From Eutreptiella sp. 'Long Island Sound 2002' (Eukaryota; Protista; Euglenida), in NCBI GenBank assembly GCA_964036045.1, contig OZ038378.1, positions 98,952,001-99,016,000 of the forward strand: DNA of 64,000 bases, in the 5' to 3' direction. The position numbers were made by a program, and so were the translations under genes. Positions 26,701 through 39,003 of this stretch are shown here, one piece after another (the stretch's first letter is position 1; each line of letters starts with the position of its first letter). The notes beneath the pieces are model-generated. The model saw nothing but the letters and a program-made list of their open reading frames with translations, had not been told where the DNA came from and searched no databases.

Positions 26701-27489
26701 GCCACAGACCACGCTCTGCGGCCAGGACAAGCACCATTCTGGTCAGCTCTACTATGACTTCTTCCGCCAGCACGCCGTGGCCGCAACGGGTGTGCAGCGC
26801 CACTTCCGGCTGCCCTACGTGGGCGACTCCGTCGACGGCCTCTTGGATGTTACTGCTGCCACGTGTGGTTTTGTCCTGGATTAAGCCTTGCGCTACGCCA
26901 TAGCGTAGCGGGGCGCGCACGGCAGCCTGCTCCGCCGCAGGCAGCGCCCCAACTTCAGCGGTGGGCTTGGAGTGTTGCCAGTGGCACCAGCCCTCTCCAG
27001 TGCAGTGCCCTCGCTTCCACGCCAGAAAGAGGGCCTGCATATTACCCGCCGGTGGGGTCGGTACCACTGGGGTGCCGTCCGCAGCTATTCCCGGGATCAC
27101 CTCCTTGTACGAGTTCGCGTACTCTCGGGGAGGGCCCCCGCCGCGGTTCCAGCTTTCGAGCACTCTGATGACCTCATGCGCCTCGTCGAGTGCCAAAGGC
27201 TTTGGGACTTGCCGATTAATAGGTTTCGAAATAACCGTTTTTTCTGATTGATTGCTCTTTACTAACCAAAATAATGCAATCAGCAAAAGAGGGCCCATAC
27301 AAGTTGGAGCAGACGGATCATAACTACGTCGGAAATTGTAATTCACGATCGGCCATCGCTTCTTGGTACCAAAGCCTCCGTTCAGTGCAAAAATAGCCAA
27401 AATGTACTGCCGAAAAGAACCCAGTAATTTTGAAACCATTCTGAAGAATTGGTATAAATCCGTTTTCAAGAGAACCGGTTGTGCCCCTC

Positions 27490-28530
27490 TGGCTGCCCGC
27501 CCTTGGGGAAGGCGTTTGGGGTCCGCAGGACACATGCGGTTGGTGCAGGTGTGCAGGCGTGTGAGCCCGGCATTGGCCCCTTGTCTTGCATGCCCTGCTG
27601 GGTGTTGCGTGCTGCGGAGATGGCGGGAGATTGCCCGTGGGGAGTTCCTCTCCCCGCTGTGAGGGGCGTCTGGGGTGAGGGGCTCTCTCTCTCCCGGCTG
27701 CCCGACCCTGGGGCAGGCAGCCGTGGTCTGCTGCCTGTGTCTCCCGGCAGCAGTGGGGTGCTGCTATGGGGGCCCGGCACCGACCCTCCAGCGCAAGCTC
27801 TCGCAAGCTGGCGTTGCGCGCTGTGAGGGTGACAGGGAGGCATCCCCCGGGGAGTTGCCCCGTGTCTTTGTGAGGGGCGTCTGGGGACAGGTGCTCAACA
27901 ACTCCTGGCTACCCCTCCTTTGGGCAGGCAATTGGGGTCCGCTACGCATGTGCTTGCCCCTTGGTATGCTTGCCCTGCTCGGCGTTGCGTGCCGCGGGGG
28001 TGGCGGGAGGCTGCCAGGGGAAGGGGCTCCTCGCGCTGTTGTGAGGGGCGTCTTGGAGTAGGTGCTCTCCCTCTGCCGGCTGCCCATCCTGGAGCAGGCA
28101 GTCGGGGTCCGCTGCCCGCATGCTGTGGGTGGGGGTGTGCAGGCCTGGGCCCTGGCACTGACTGGCCCCTTGACCTTCTCGCCCTGCTAGGCGCTGCGTA
28201 CCACAGGGTTGGCTTGAGGTTGCCCGCCGGGGGGGGGGGGGGCTCCTTGCCCGGTAGTGAGGGGCGTCTGGGAGTTAGGCAATCTCCCTCTTCCAGCTGC
28301 CCGTCCTTGGGGCAGGTAGTTGCAGTCCACTGCCCACATGCTCTGGGTGCGGGTGTGCAGGCATGGGGACCCGGCACTGACCCTTTGGCTTGCGTGCCGT
28401 GCTCGGCGTTGCTTGCCGCAGGGGTGGCGGGAGCTTGCCGGGCGGGGGTCCCCTCTCGCCGTTGTTAGGGGCGTTCGGGGTTAGGCGCTCTCCCGCTCCC
28501 GGCTGCTCGTCTCAGGGGTAGGCAGCCAGG
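27490..28530. repeat. Duplicate of the G-rich ~200-bp tandem repeat
   Basis: Copy of 16730-17770. Confidence 0.8.
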
Positions 28531-28532
28531 CC

Positions 28533-29060
28533 TGTTGCCGGTGGCGAAACAACACACATGACCACACATACCACATGCCGTCACACATGCGGAGCTTGCT
28601 AGGCATCTGCTACACACGGTATCAACTAATCACACACTCGCATGCAGTAAAACACAGAAAGCAACATGTCTCCGTCATATGTATGACTTGTTTCCGTGAG
28701 AACTCAATTCATGGTATTAGCACTCATTATTTGCAGTGTTGCAATGCTGCTGAACCTCTGTGCAATTAGCTTACGTTTTTCCTGGCTTTTTGACTCACGT
28801 CACACACGCCGCTTGGTTACTTTACTTATACCCCAGCACTGCTACATACTATGTATGCTCCTATGTGCACTACAGAACCCATAGCGAAGAATCTTCACTG
28901 TTGCCTGCTTTGCTCTGAGTACACGCACACAAACAGACGCACAAAAAGGCACAACACAAACAAGCAAACGCACCCACACTGCCACATCCAGAAGGCACAA
29001 ACACAATTACACTGAACAAACATATTTTGCTTGCAAACACGGTGAGCCAGTGTCCCATCA
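28533..29060 (+). mobile_element. Putative 5' LTR/leader of the Copia element (copy B)
   Basis: Begins TGTTG at 28533; copy of 17775-18300; upstream of gag-pol. Confidence 0.35.
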
Positions 29061-29550
29061 GATCATTCACTGTTCAGCCAGTTCACAATTTGCTAATTGT
29101 CATAGAAGCAGTGTATAGTTTTCTTTTCTTTTGGCATTTAACTGCCCCAGCTGGCAGAGGATGTTTTCTTTCTTGCTTTCTTTCTTCTTACAAAAAACAA
29201 ACTTTGAAAGCTGGCACACTCCACCCAGCACCCTGCAGCCTACCAGGCACACACAGAGTGACATCTCTGCTGTTCTCTTTGGGGAAACTGCTCCAGTTTT
29301 GCAGTATTGTGAAAGAATACTCTGTACATACTGTGAGTCTGTTCACTTGGCACTAGATGAAGCCACAGGTACACGGTCTTGGTGGGCGCAAGGTTACAGG
29401 TGTGCTCGATGGACCCAGAGGGAGCCGTAGAAAACCAGGGACAGCCACAAAATCCCCCTGTACATACCACTGTGCATAATGGAACCCAGAGGAACCCACA
29501 GAGATGTTGACTTACTTAAAGAGGTTTGAACAATACTTGGGAAATTGCGA

Positions 29551-30951
29551 AGGCCTACACGGAGTATGCAACCACACCCGACTGCCCCCTCAACGGCAAC
29601 CCCTGCCTGCGAGCACCACCCAGAAGCAGCCACTGGCCGCCTACGAACCGCAGCCCCACCCGGATGCCCAGGCAGCCACCTCCCGACGAAACGCCGTGAC
29701 CAGCCAGAGGCCGCAAGACCAGCAAGACCCAGCGGGACGCCGAAACACCCATCCAGCACAACACCCACCTCCGCCCCCCCCACCCCCAGCGGTGCCACCC
29801 CCACATTCCCCCCCCCCGCCGCCCTCCCTGGACCTGAACACCGACACACCGCGCGGAGGCTCCCGTCAAACTCCACCACCCCCGGTCCCCGCCGACGCAC
29901 ACTACTACGAGCCCCCCCACCCGCGGCAACCAAGGAAACCCCATCGCCAGACGCCGGACGCAGCAACGACAACCTCCCCTCCCCGCAAACACCACCTTCT
30001 CGCCACACGCTGCGCCACCAGCTGCCGCACCGGCCGAACCCTACGCCCTGCCCAACCCCACAGCAGTACAGCAGCACCTCCGGGGTCCCACAGACCAGCG
30101 AGTGCTACGCCTCAACACCTTGGGCACCACCCAACGCATCAGGGCGTCCAGCCTTGTCCAGGTGGCCACCCTCGGGGAGGGCGTCCGAGACTCCCTCCTC
30201 GACGCCTTCCTCCACGTTGCCTGACACGAGCACCCCCCGCTCGCCACCCCCGACGGCGAGAGCCCAGCCCCCCAGGGGACTGCGTCTGGGTGCCCCCCAT
30301 CAACTGGGGGCGACACCTTGTCGGACTCGCTGAGCCAGAACGGGTGACAACCAAGGGCCGCACCCGCTACCGCGAGCCCAACATGGCGCAGCCCCCACCC
30401 AACACCACCCCGACCGACACCATGGCGCGGGAAATGAGGATGTGGGTCGACCGTGTGCCCTCCCTGAGCAACTGCAGGGACTACCTCCCAGGCGACATCC
30501 CCAGCTCCAACGACCAGCAGACGGCACCCTCCACGTACATGACCCTCATGTACAACAGACACTACACCCTCTCCATCTCCCACTACCACGCACCAACCGA
30601 CACGTGGCCCGTCCACGGCAGCGACTCCCTCCTCCCCGCCTACCACACCCCGCCCCCCCGCACAGCCCTGGCCGCGACACATACACCAGGGAGGAGAAGC
30701 CTGATGACCTCCACATCTGGGGAACCTGGGGGCTCAAGTCCCTGGACACGCTGCGCTCCATCCGTAGCGGAAATCAGGGCCTTCGCAGGGCGCTGTATTA
30801 CCTTGCCAAATGGACAAAACGGAGCTGGCAGATCCCCGCAGAGCAGTGGGCGTGGCATGTCACCAAGGCATTCGGCAGGGGGAGGCCCCCCTGACCCGCA
30901 CGGGACCCACCCCCCGGCGCCTCATCACCATACAGCTCTGCCCGTACATGA
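29551..30951 (+). mobile_element. 1.4-kb internal LINE-A ORF1 fragment (Ulp1/C48-like region) inserted into Copia gag
   Basis: Absent at the paralogous site 18790/18791; homologous to ~44500-45930; only a 2-bp GA overlap at the ends. Confidence 0.85.
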
Positions 30952-30970
30952 CACTGGTAGCAGCCTCTGA

Positions 30971-31663
30971 TTGATGGCAGATCAAGAGCACGATGAGCAA
31001 GGTAAGCCAATCGGTTTGACGCTGAAAGATTTGTGTGGCGGTCATGTTCTTGCTGATACTATGCTTCATGTTCCTGAACCGAAGGTTACTCCCTCGATTT
31101 GCCACCTACATCATCACTTTGAGCTGCAGCACCATGGGTTATCTAGCGTGAAGGCTGATTTTCATAATTTTGATAATCATTCTTCTTCGTTTGCTGGGCT
31201 TCGCGGCGGGTTGCCTACCGGTCTTCCTTGGTTGGAGAGTACGAGGTCCATGACGTGTCCAACGCTTGGCTCTGATGATAAAAATGAGATGCTTACAGTT
31301 GCAGATCACAAGGCATGGGTGTGTTGTTCTGGAAGTTGCTATGGGACGAATTCTATGGCTATGCTGAAAAAGAACTCTGAACTGCTGGCGTTCATTCGTG
31401 GTAACCCTGCGCAAGTGCTTGCCGTGTGCGTTCCAATCATCGTGGCGCTCCGAAGTGATGGCATACAGAAGATCGGTGAGTCCTTGGATGCGTATTTTGG
31501 TGTGGACGGCTGTAGAGGCGTGCTGTCGGCGGTCCATGGGGTGATTCACAGCAGACGCGGGCATAAGTCCATGGCGGAACATTCGACCGGGGTGGCGAAA
31601 GTTGTGGGACGGATTGATCTTCACCGTGTGGTGATTGGGTCGTGTTTTGCTGCGGAAATCTGA
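30971..31663 (+). pseudogene. gag: Copia gag-region remnant
   Basis: 230-codon ORF continuing the frame of the empty-site allele; assigned by position upstream of the protease, no diagnostic motif recognised. Confidence 0.5.
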
Positions 31664-32099
31664 CCTTTCTGTCGATCAAAAGGCCATTGTGTACCACAAA
31701 TCGTGATATGTGGTTCCCTTCTATGCAAGTTGCTTTGTGCAATTGAGTTGCTGACGCACCAAGCTCTGGGGCTCTAAGTCTGGTCACAGATACACGGAAA
31801 GGCAAACACACAGATCGGAGAGGTGGATACAAAGGTGGCGCGGAGGTGGCGGGCGTGTTGATGGCAGAACTACCTGTTTTTGTTGCAGGAAGGTCAACAC
31901 ATAGGAACAGGTGTGGCAACGGTGAGTCTCTTATTGCTGATGCTCGGAACGTGCAGTCAGACAAGAGGATCCACTGGTTCCTGATGATGCATCGCTGCAG
32001 CATGGGGGTTCCTCTGCTGGGCTGTGCTACATGGCAAAATCTGGTTTGGATATGGGCATTGGTCGCCTTCACAGTCTGCTTACAGAGTTTCATTTGAAG

Positions 32100-32385
32100 G
32101 GGCCTCTGGACGTTGGGTGTACTTATACTGTGGCTCGTGATGCGTGGCTTGTCCACTGTTATACAGTTACTGGTCAGCAGCTGGTTTAAGAGCCTGGTTC
32201 CATGCCTTTTACGTTTGGTTGTGGTGATACCCAGCTGGCTGTTCGTGTGCTATTGATTAAAATTCTCATTGATCATCACTAGGGTCAGTTGAGGGTGCAC
32301 GTCATTGATGGTCAGAATCCTTTGCGCATTGGTCATAGGACCGTGTCTCTGTTGCAAATTTGCATTAATGTCAAAAAATGAGATG
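32100..32385 (+). pseudogene. pol: Copia aspartic protease
   Basis: LDVGCT (DxG) at 32106-32123, then FTFGCG and HVIDGQNPLRIG. Confidence 0.75.
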
Positions 32386-32619
32386 TTCCTCTTCGTATAG
32401 TCCGCAAGGAGTTTTTTATGGCGTGTGAATGGTCGTCAAGTTGACACATGCTCATGCGCCTTTGGAGGCCGGTGTGGCACCCTGCCATGCCCCAGCATGT
32501 TGGTACCTACTGACAGCACGGCCCAGCCTCGTGGGGTTGGGCGTTCATTGCTGATGGAGACTGAAACATGGCACACCTGCAGAAGGTTTCTTGTTCTTTG
32601 CGTGTTAAGATGAGGCACC

Positions 32620-33570
32620 CTGATTTTGCGACCATGCCTCAGATCCTTGCCAAGCGTTAACCCCGGGGTTCTCAGAAGCTAGTTCTCCAGGTCCTGAAAA
32701 AGTTTAAGTGTGATCAGTGTGAACTTCGCAGAGGGATGCCGTGAAGGCCGCCAACGGCGCTGCCTCGGAAGCCGTTGTTTCACCATACTGTTGGAAAGCA
32801 TGTGTGGTCTCTTAGGCAGCAACCTATTTTCCATTTTTGTTGTCTCTTCTCCCCGTATTCACAAGGAGCTGTTCTACAGTCGAAGGAAGCAGTGAATCTT
32901 TCAAGGGCGTTTTTAGATAAATGTAGTAATTTTTTAGGTGTACGTGGTGTTATCCTGACTGATCTTGGGGGTGAGTTTGAGATTGATGCTGTTCGCAGGA
33001 AGGCTGATTCATACGGCATTCAGTTCCAAACGGCAGCCAGTGCAGCTCATTGAAGCTTGGGTGGGGTGGAGCAACAGCATGCCAAGCTGCGGACTCTCAG
33101 TGAGATGCTGCGTGAAGTCTTTCCTTCGGTAACTCTGAGCAAATGAGTGGATTTGCCGCACGTGGCAAGGAAATCTTTTCCGATTGCGAAGCTTGGGTAT
33201 AGTCCTTATCCGATTGTGTTTGGTGATGGTTCGAGGCGGCCAAATTACGATGATTGTGATTCACTGGCCTCGATTCTTATGATGTTGCGGCTGACCACGT
33301 GGAACATTACCTGGTTTATTTTCTGTCACAAATGTATAAGATAAGGGAACTGCCGCTAATGTGAAGTATAAGATGAAGGGGGATGAAACCTTTCAAGGAG
33401 CTCCAGAACAGGTTCTGGTTTTCAAGCAAGGAGATCGCATCTACTATTATCATGAACCATCGAAGCAAGGTTTCACTTTCTGGAAGGGTCCTTCTACTGT
33501 GCTTGGTGTTCACGAGCGTCTGGTGGTTGTCAAGCATGGTGGTGGTGTCAATCGGCTGCCAACTATTGCG
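32620..33570 (+). pseudogene. pol: Copia integrase (zinc finger, DDE core, C-terminal WKGP module)
   Basis: CDQC at 32708; ILTDLGGEF ~32952-32978; AAH*SLGGVE; GDRIYYY...WKGPSTVLG at 33430-33510. Confidence 0.85.
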
Positions 33571-34079
33571 GTTTGACATAAAGCTGATGATGTGGACAGT
33601 CAATCAGACTCTGAGCTGGTGGGAGACGCTGCTGAGGACCTGTCCCTGGAGGCATCAGGTGTGGCACGTGTACATACCAGAATTGTTCTGCCTGAGGCAT
33701 CCGCGAGGAAGCGCTCTGTGGCACTGTCTGTGGACGTGGGCAATTCATTCGATGTTGGTCCCGAAGATTGTGATAAAGCAGGCAATGTTCTTACACCGCA
33801 TGAGGTTCACGTGAATGATGCGCCTATTTTGCTTGCATTTGTGGCAGATGGCAAGCAGCTGAGTATTCATGGCTATGTTGAGGCGGCTTGTTGCTCTGTG
33901 GTGTGTTTGACAGAACTCTCAGGATTGTTGAAGCAACAAGGAGCAACTGCTCCTCAGATTGTGCATACCCTCCGTGCCGATTCTCAAGATCAGCTGGTCC
34001 CCTATGCCTTTTGTTTCGCAAATATGGCTCTGAAGAGGAAGGAGTCACAATGGGAAGTATCAGCTACGCGTGCCGCAGA

Positions 34080-34800
34080 ACCAGATTTTGTGGAGGCAAA
34101 GATACTGGAGCCTGAGAGTTGGAAGCGCTCTAATGTGTATGAATTGGCTCCTGATCGTGGTGAAACAATTGCTACAACACGTTGGGTGAATACTTCCTGA
34201 AAGTTCCTGATGATGTCACTGTGACGCCGACATCTTGTTTTGTTGCTCACGGGTTCCAGGAGGCGGACAAGGATCAGTTCGACACGGCAAGTCCAACGCT
34301 GGACCGGGGCCTGTGCTGTGTTATGATGGCGATGACCGCAGCGTAGGGATGGGTGCCATAGTGGTTCGATATTTCCACGGCGTTCCTTCAAGGTCGTCGG
34401 ATCATGCGGGGTGTCTTTCTCTGTCCTCCGCCGGAAATTGGTGAGACTGGAATTGTTAAGAAATCAAACAAACCTTTTTTTGGGGCGCTGGATGTGCCGC
34501 TTCAATGGTATAAAGCTCTTAATGAGGGCAATCTGGCGATTGCTGGGCTACGACTGCCGTATGACAAGTGTGCGTGGATGCCGTATGCCGAAGATAATTC
34601 GCTGTGGGCAATGTTGTGTGCACATGCAAACTAGCTGTACTGCTCTGGTGATCTGTCATTTGAAGGTTTTTTTTTAGCAAGCTGCAACCGTTTTGTCCTG
34701 TTCAAAATCAAAAGAGTTGAGACGCTGTGTATTGTTGACTCCAACTATCAACAGACTTTGATGAGAGTGCTCAGTTGACGTCCATCTTGGCGAATCAACA
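34080..34800 (+). pseudogene. pol: Copia reverse transcriptase (RVT_2 type)
   Basis: TTRWV, HGFQE, DISTAFLQG (34368), CPPPE, DVPLQWYKAL, PYDKC; catalytic DD motif degenerate. Confidence 0.85.
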
Positions 34801-35079
34801 GACACACATTGCTAACATCGTACCGATGAAGATCTGTCACTCTACTGGTTCAAGGAATTGCTGTGTTGAATGGGAAGAACATTCAAACTATCGCGGAGTC
34901 GGGGGTTCCTTGCTCTGGGGGTGGATCACAACACGGCATGAGCATGCATACAGAGTATGTAAGTTATCTCAGCAAACTGGAGCACCAAGGGAGAGACACG
35001 TCATCCAAGTGAACAGATTATGGAATACCATGACAAAGCAGGCTGTGGTGTTACCTTATCCACAACTAAAAGGTGAGTT

Positions 35080-35520
35080 ACGGCTCATTGGGTATCATGA
35101 CAGCAGTCCGGGAAATGCAGAGGATGGTTGTACGGTGGCAAGTTGGATGTGGGTACTTACAGCAAAGGATGCTTATGCAAAAGAAAGATTCTCACCGCTG
35201 CAATGGTGAAGCGAGACATTACGATGTTCTCTGAAGAGTACTTTTGGCTGAAAAGCACTCTCATGCGCAGCAGCTACGGACGATCATTTTTTTCCTGCCA
35301 ACCCGTTGAAGTCCCTGATCAGGGCAAGACATGTACCAGTGACATTACGCACAGATTGTGCGTCGTTGTCAGAGCATATTTTTTAGAGGAAGCAAATTTC
35401 AGAGAGGAGATTGCTGGTGAAAATATCACTGATCAGAGAATACTTGGAAGCTGGAGATATACAAAATCTGAAATAAATTGATACTTCGAGACAGCTTGCT
35501 GATGAACTGAATAAAGGAAC
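35080..35520 (+). pseudogene. pol: Copia RNase H
   Basis: LIGYHDSS, PLQW*S..LR.S..ST, QLADELNK (35492-35515). Confidence 0.8.
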
Positions 35521-36369
35521 GTTTCCGCTATTACTCACACGATGTTTAAATTCTGCAATTTAACCATAACCATTGGTTGTGGGTATTGGATATATTATGT
35601 TTCGCATGATGCATTTTGTTTACTCTACCGAATAATATGAATTCCAAGTTTGGCCTTAATTGCGCATATCGCTTTGAGGGCAACTTGTTTTTGGCATTCG
35701 CGTGAATGCTCGGACTTCTAGTAAGTTAATCCCAAGGTTTCGTTCGCGCGCTCCGAGCAGCTGGGGAACAACACCAATGATGAGTTGAAAAATCGGGTAA
35801 TGACCGCAAAACATCCAAATTCATTAACACCCTCTCGACTTACGCCGCCTTTGGTTGATCGCTGCCATCAATTTGTGCCTGCCATAATTCTACCCGTCTT
35901 TTTTGCTGAAATGCTTACGAAACAAGGCTTCAACGACAATCACATTTAAAGTCCATCCAACCCTGCTAGCACAGCCGGAATGAGAACGCTTGGGACGGCC
36001 TGAAGGATATCCTTTTTCGTCGCCAACTCCTTTGTTCAAATGGTCCAATGAGAAACGCAACGCCACTAGAAGCCCGTTGGAAACCGTGACCATCTCGCCG
36101 GAATGGACAATTGGTTACGATTCTTCTCGCTCAATGCCGTCGACTAAATGCCTTGAAAGTGTATTCCTCAACTGCTTTACCCCGCCTTTTGACATCTGGA
36201 GTGATGACATGACAAACTTGTTCGCCGTCACACGCTCTAATGGATGGTTTACAACGTCGGCACAAGTTCCTCTCAACATCATGGAAGACCTTCTAATGCT
36301 ACGCCTGACTTTTTTCCTACGCCCACCGTCACACAACACTTGGGATGAGAAAGCGCCAAAACACGTCCA

Positions 36370-37650
36370 CACGTGTGCGGAATTGTGCAAGCGCTCTACC
36401 ATACTCAATCAGGAGGCAATCAATCCAAAAGCCTTGTGTACTTTAAGTCTTTTGACGATGCCGCCACGCCTAGCACTCTATTTGCCACGCACACGAGACC
36501 CTTCGTTCAAACGCTCAAGCCCTTCAATTGTGGAGTCCACGTCCTTCATGGAGCTTCACCGACCAAGGTGGTTGACCGGGAAGTTATCACATGCCACTGA
36601 ACAAAGAATACTTGGATTCTACTTGAGCTCACCTGTTCTTGCCATCCAAGAGAAGAATGTGCCGATCACACATATGACTTCTGTCATCGGTCTGTTGCAT
36701 GGATGCTCTCACGAGCGGAAGCCGGCCCGGTATGAAATGCATTGGTTTCCTTCAAGGTTGACGTGCGGTGCGACTTGATGAATCAAGAAGCAAAGTCATG
36801 GCTACCTCCAACAACGCAACCGAAGGTTAAAGCCATTGGCCAGCTAGGCGATGTTCGTTCTTTCTAAAAGCACTTCCATCGATACTATTCCGGTGCAAAA
36901 GACTTCGCCACCGCGGACACCCAAAATAACTACTTTCCTCTTCAGGACTCCATTGCCAAAAAAGGCCCGTGCTCTGCCTATTACCGATACCATTACTCGT
37001 TGCTGCCCATCCTTGCGCAAGACTTCTACAAGTCCGTGTCATACCATGCGCTTTTCCTACGTGGTGATGTCCAAGTCATGCCATGCGACGACCTAAGTTG
37101 AGAATCCTCCTACTACGTTGTCTCAACTTGAGAAAAATTTCGCAAACACCCGGGTGAACACCTGCCGTGGGAGCTAGTTGGTACGCTTGTTGGCCAAACA
37201 AAATCCCTTGGAGTGCGGATCTCTTCCAGTCAAGTGCGAGGCAAGTTTGGCATCTTTTGTGGTCTTGACATCTCTAAAGTGATTTCCACGGGATATCTCT
37301 TCTCTTTGCAGACACTGACCCAGGCATTTTTTCAAAATGGAGACCTCTTGCTATTTTTGGTGAGGCAGAACCGCTTAGTTCGCTTTGCATCAGGACCTCA
37401 ATATGGCACGAGAGTTTGGAGGAGGGGTCAAACCGAGAAAGTAACTCCGTACGCGCATGCCGACCCGCACCGTTCAAAGCCAACCTATGAAGTAGCGGCC
37501 CTAGCGTCACTTTTGGGAACCATCGAATTTTCTGATGCCAAGCAACGATCTGGTTCTACCCGCACCTTTGAAGTCCGGTACACTGACAAAATTTCCGCGG
37601 TGTTGGCTATGGACTTCACGGCCCGGGACATTGTTTTCACCGCTGCTGTG
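36370..37650 (+). pseudogene. ORF1-like region with two RRM-like segments
   Basis: GIVQALYHTQ...KSLVYFKSFDDAA (~36375-36465) and LLGTIEFSD...FEVRYTDKISAVLAM (~37510-37610) resemble RRM beta2-RNP1-helix2. Confidence 0.4.
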
Positions 37651-37989
37651 CCCAACCCGCTACTGCGCAACCAACTTATTAACTCCATCTCTGAATTACT
37701 AAAAACTGATTGCTCGGAGCAAGATAAGGCTCTCGTTTCTTTCCTACAGGTTGGCTCCCCCTTAGGCGTATGTACAACTCCATCAACTGTGTCATGAAAT
37801 CCTCTGAAAAAGTCCGCAACTGGGTTGACTCCGAAGACATGCTGATTACGCCCGAACAGTACCTGGAACCTGGAATTCCTACGTTCCCGGGCATGGGTGA
37901 TGGTGCTCAATCCTCTGATGCAAAGGACCCCGCCAGTGCGTTTAAGGAAACCACACCTACTGTGCGTCCTATCTACGACGCGCAGGGGC

Positions 37990-38520
37990 GTTCACCGCCT
38001 CAAGGGCTCTTCTACTACCAAAACGTTTTACCTCAAGATTAGCAAACTCGTGTGCACAGACACTACTCTGGTCCAAGCATCCAATGGAGTCCCGGCAAAC
38101 AGCAAAAGGTGCAGTGGTATGGATGGCGCCACACACCAGATGGCAGCGTGCCAAGCGCTCCAATCCGGGAGCATGTCAACGCGGTGCTACAAGCAGTGGC
38201 AGCGTTACCGCTCCCAGACCACCTGAAAGGAGATTCTTTCGGCCAAGTCCTACAAACCGGATGGAGGGGTCTCACCCCATTTTGACTACGGGGACTACGA
38301 TGACCCCGTCATCATTGCATCAACTCTTTCAAAGACCTCTATGCGATTTGAAAATGGTGGCAGTACCTTTGAACTCTTGCTCAAGCCCAGGCTTTTGCTG
38401 ATTCTTACCGGAGATTCACGAACAAAGTTCTCACATGGCATCGAAATGCGTCAGCAAGACGACACACCTGCACGTGCCAAACCAAGGGAAGACTGCTCCA
38501 GTGTAACACTGCGCAATGTC
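37990..38520 (+). pseudogene. AlkB-family 2OG-Fe(II) dioxygenase domain (one stop, one frameshift)
   Basis: PQGLFYY; KVQWYG; GLTP-H-F-D (H 38278, D 38284); MRF; PRLLLILTGDSRTKFSHGI (H 38434); CSSVTLR (RxSxTxR with first R as TGC). Confidence 0.9.
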
Positions 38521-39003
38521 AAGAAACCTGCCCAGTCGCGTCCGTGACTCAAGCCACTGGAGTGCCCAACCTGCAGCGCTCCGTTTCCACTGCGGGAAGA
38601 CCAGCCATCCTCCAGCGTTTCGGTCTCTCGGAATTCGCTGCTCACACCCTTCGCCAACCTCGGTGCAAACCTCTACCAGCCCGGCTTTCATGAGACGTAC
38701 ATCGTCCATGAAGGCCTCCAAATGTCAAAGGTCACCGCGGGCCTCAGCTTGCAAAGTAACCGAACACCAGCCCAGGGCCAGGCAGTTTGCAAGCCGCACC
38801 CCCCATCCTCCTCATTCGCCGAGATGAACAGCCGCCCCTTGCCGAGAACGGCGCCTGCGGCGATGTGCTACTTTGACCAGGACTCCCCAACACCCTCCTC
38901 TCCCGTCTTGCCACAGTTACTACCACTACCACCCAAAGCTGCGCCAAAGCAGTCAAAAGGCTACCGCCAGTCTAAAGGTCTCTCAATAGTAGCACTGCAA
39001 CAT

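Larger units (their letters stand above)
19100..31080 (+). repeat. Copy B of tandem segmental duplication (contains extra 1.4-kb insert 29551-30951)
   Basis: Collinear with 8318-18918, including the APE C-terminus, SINE, RT fragment, G-rich repeat, LTR-like region and gag start. Confidence 0.95.
29460..35520 (+). mobile_element. Degenerate Ty1/Copia LTR retrotransposon internal region
   Basis: Domain order PR-IN-RT-RH, diagnostic of Copia; many stops and frameshifts. Confidence 0.9.
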
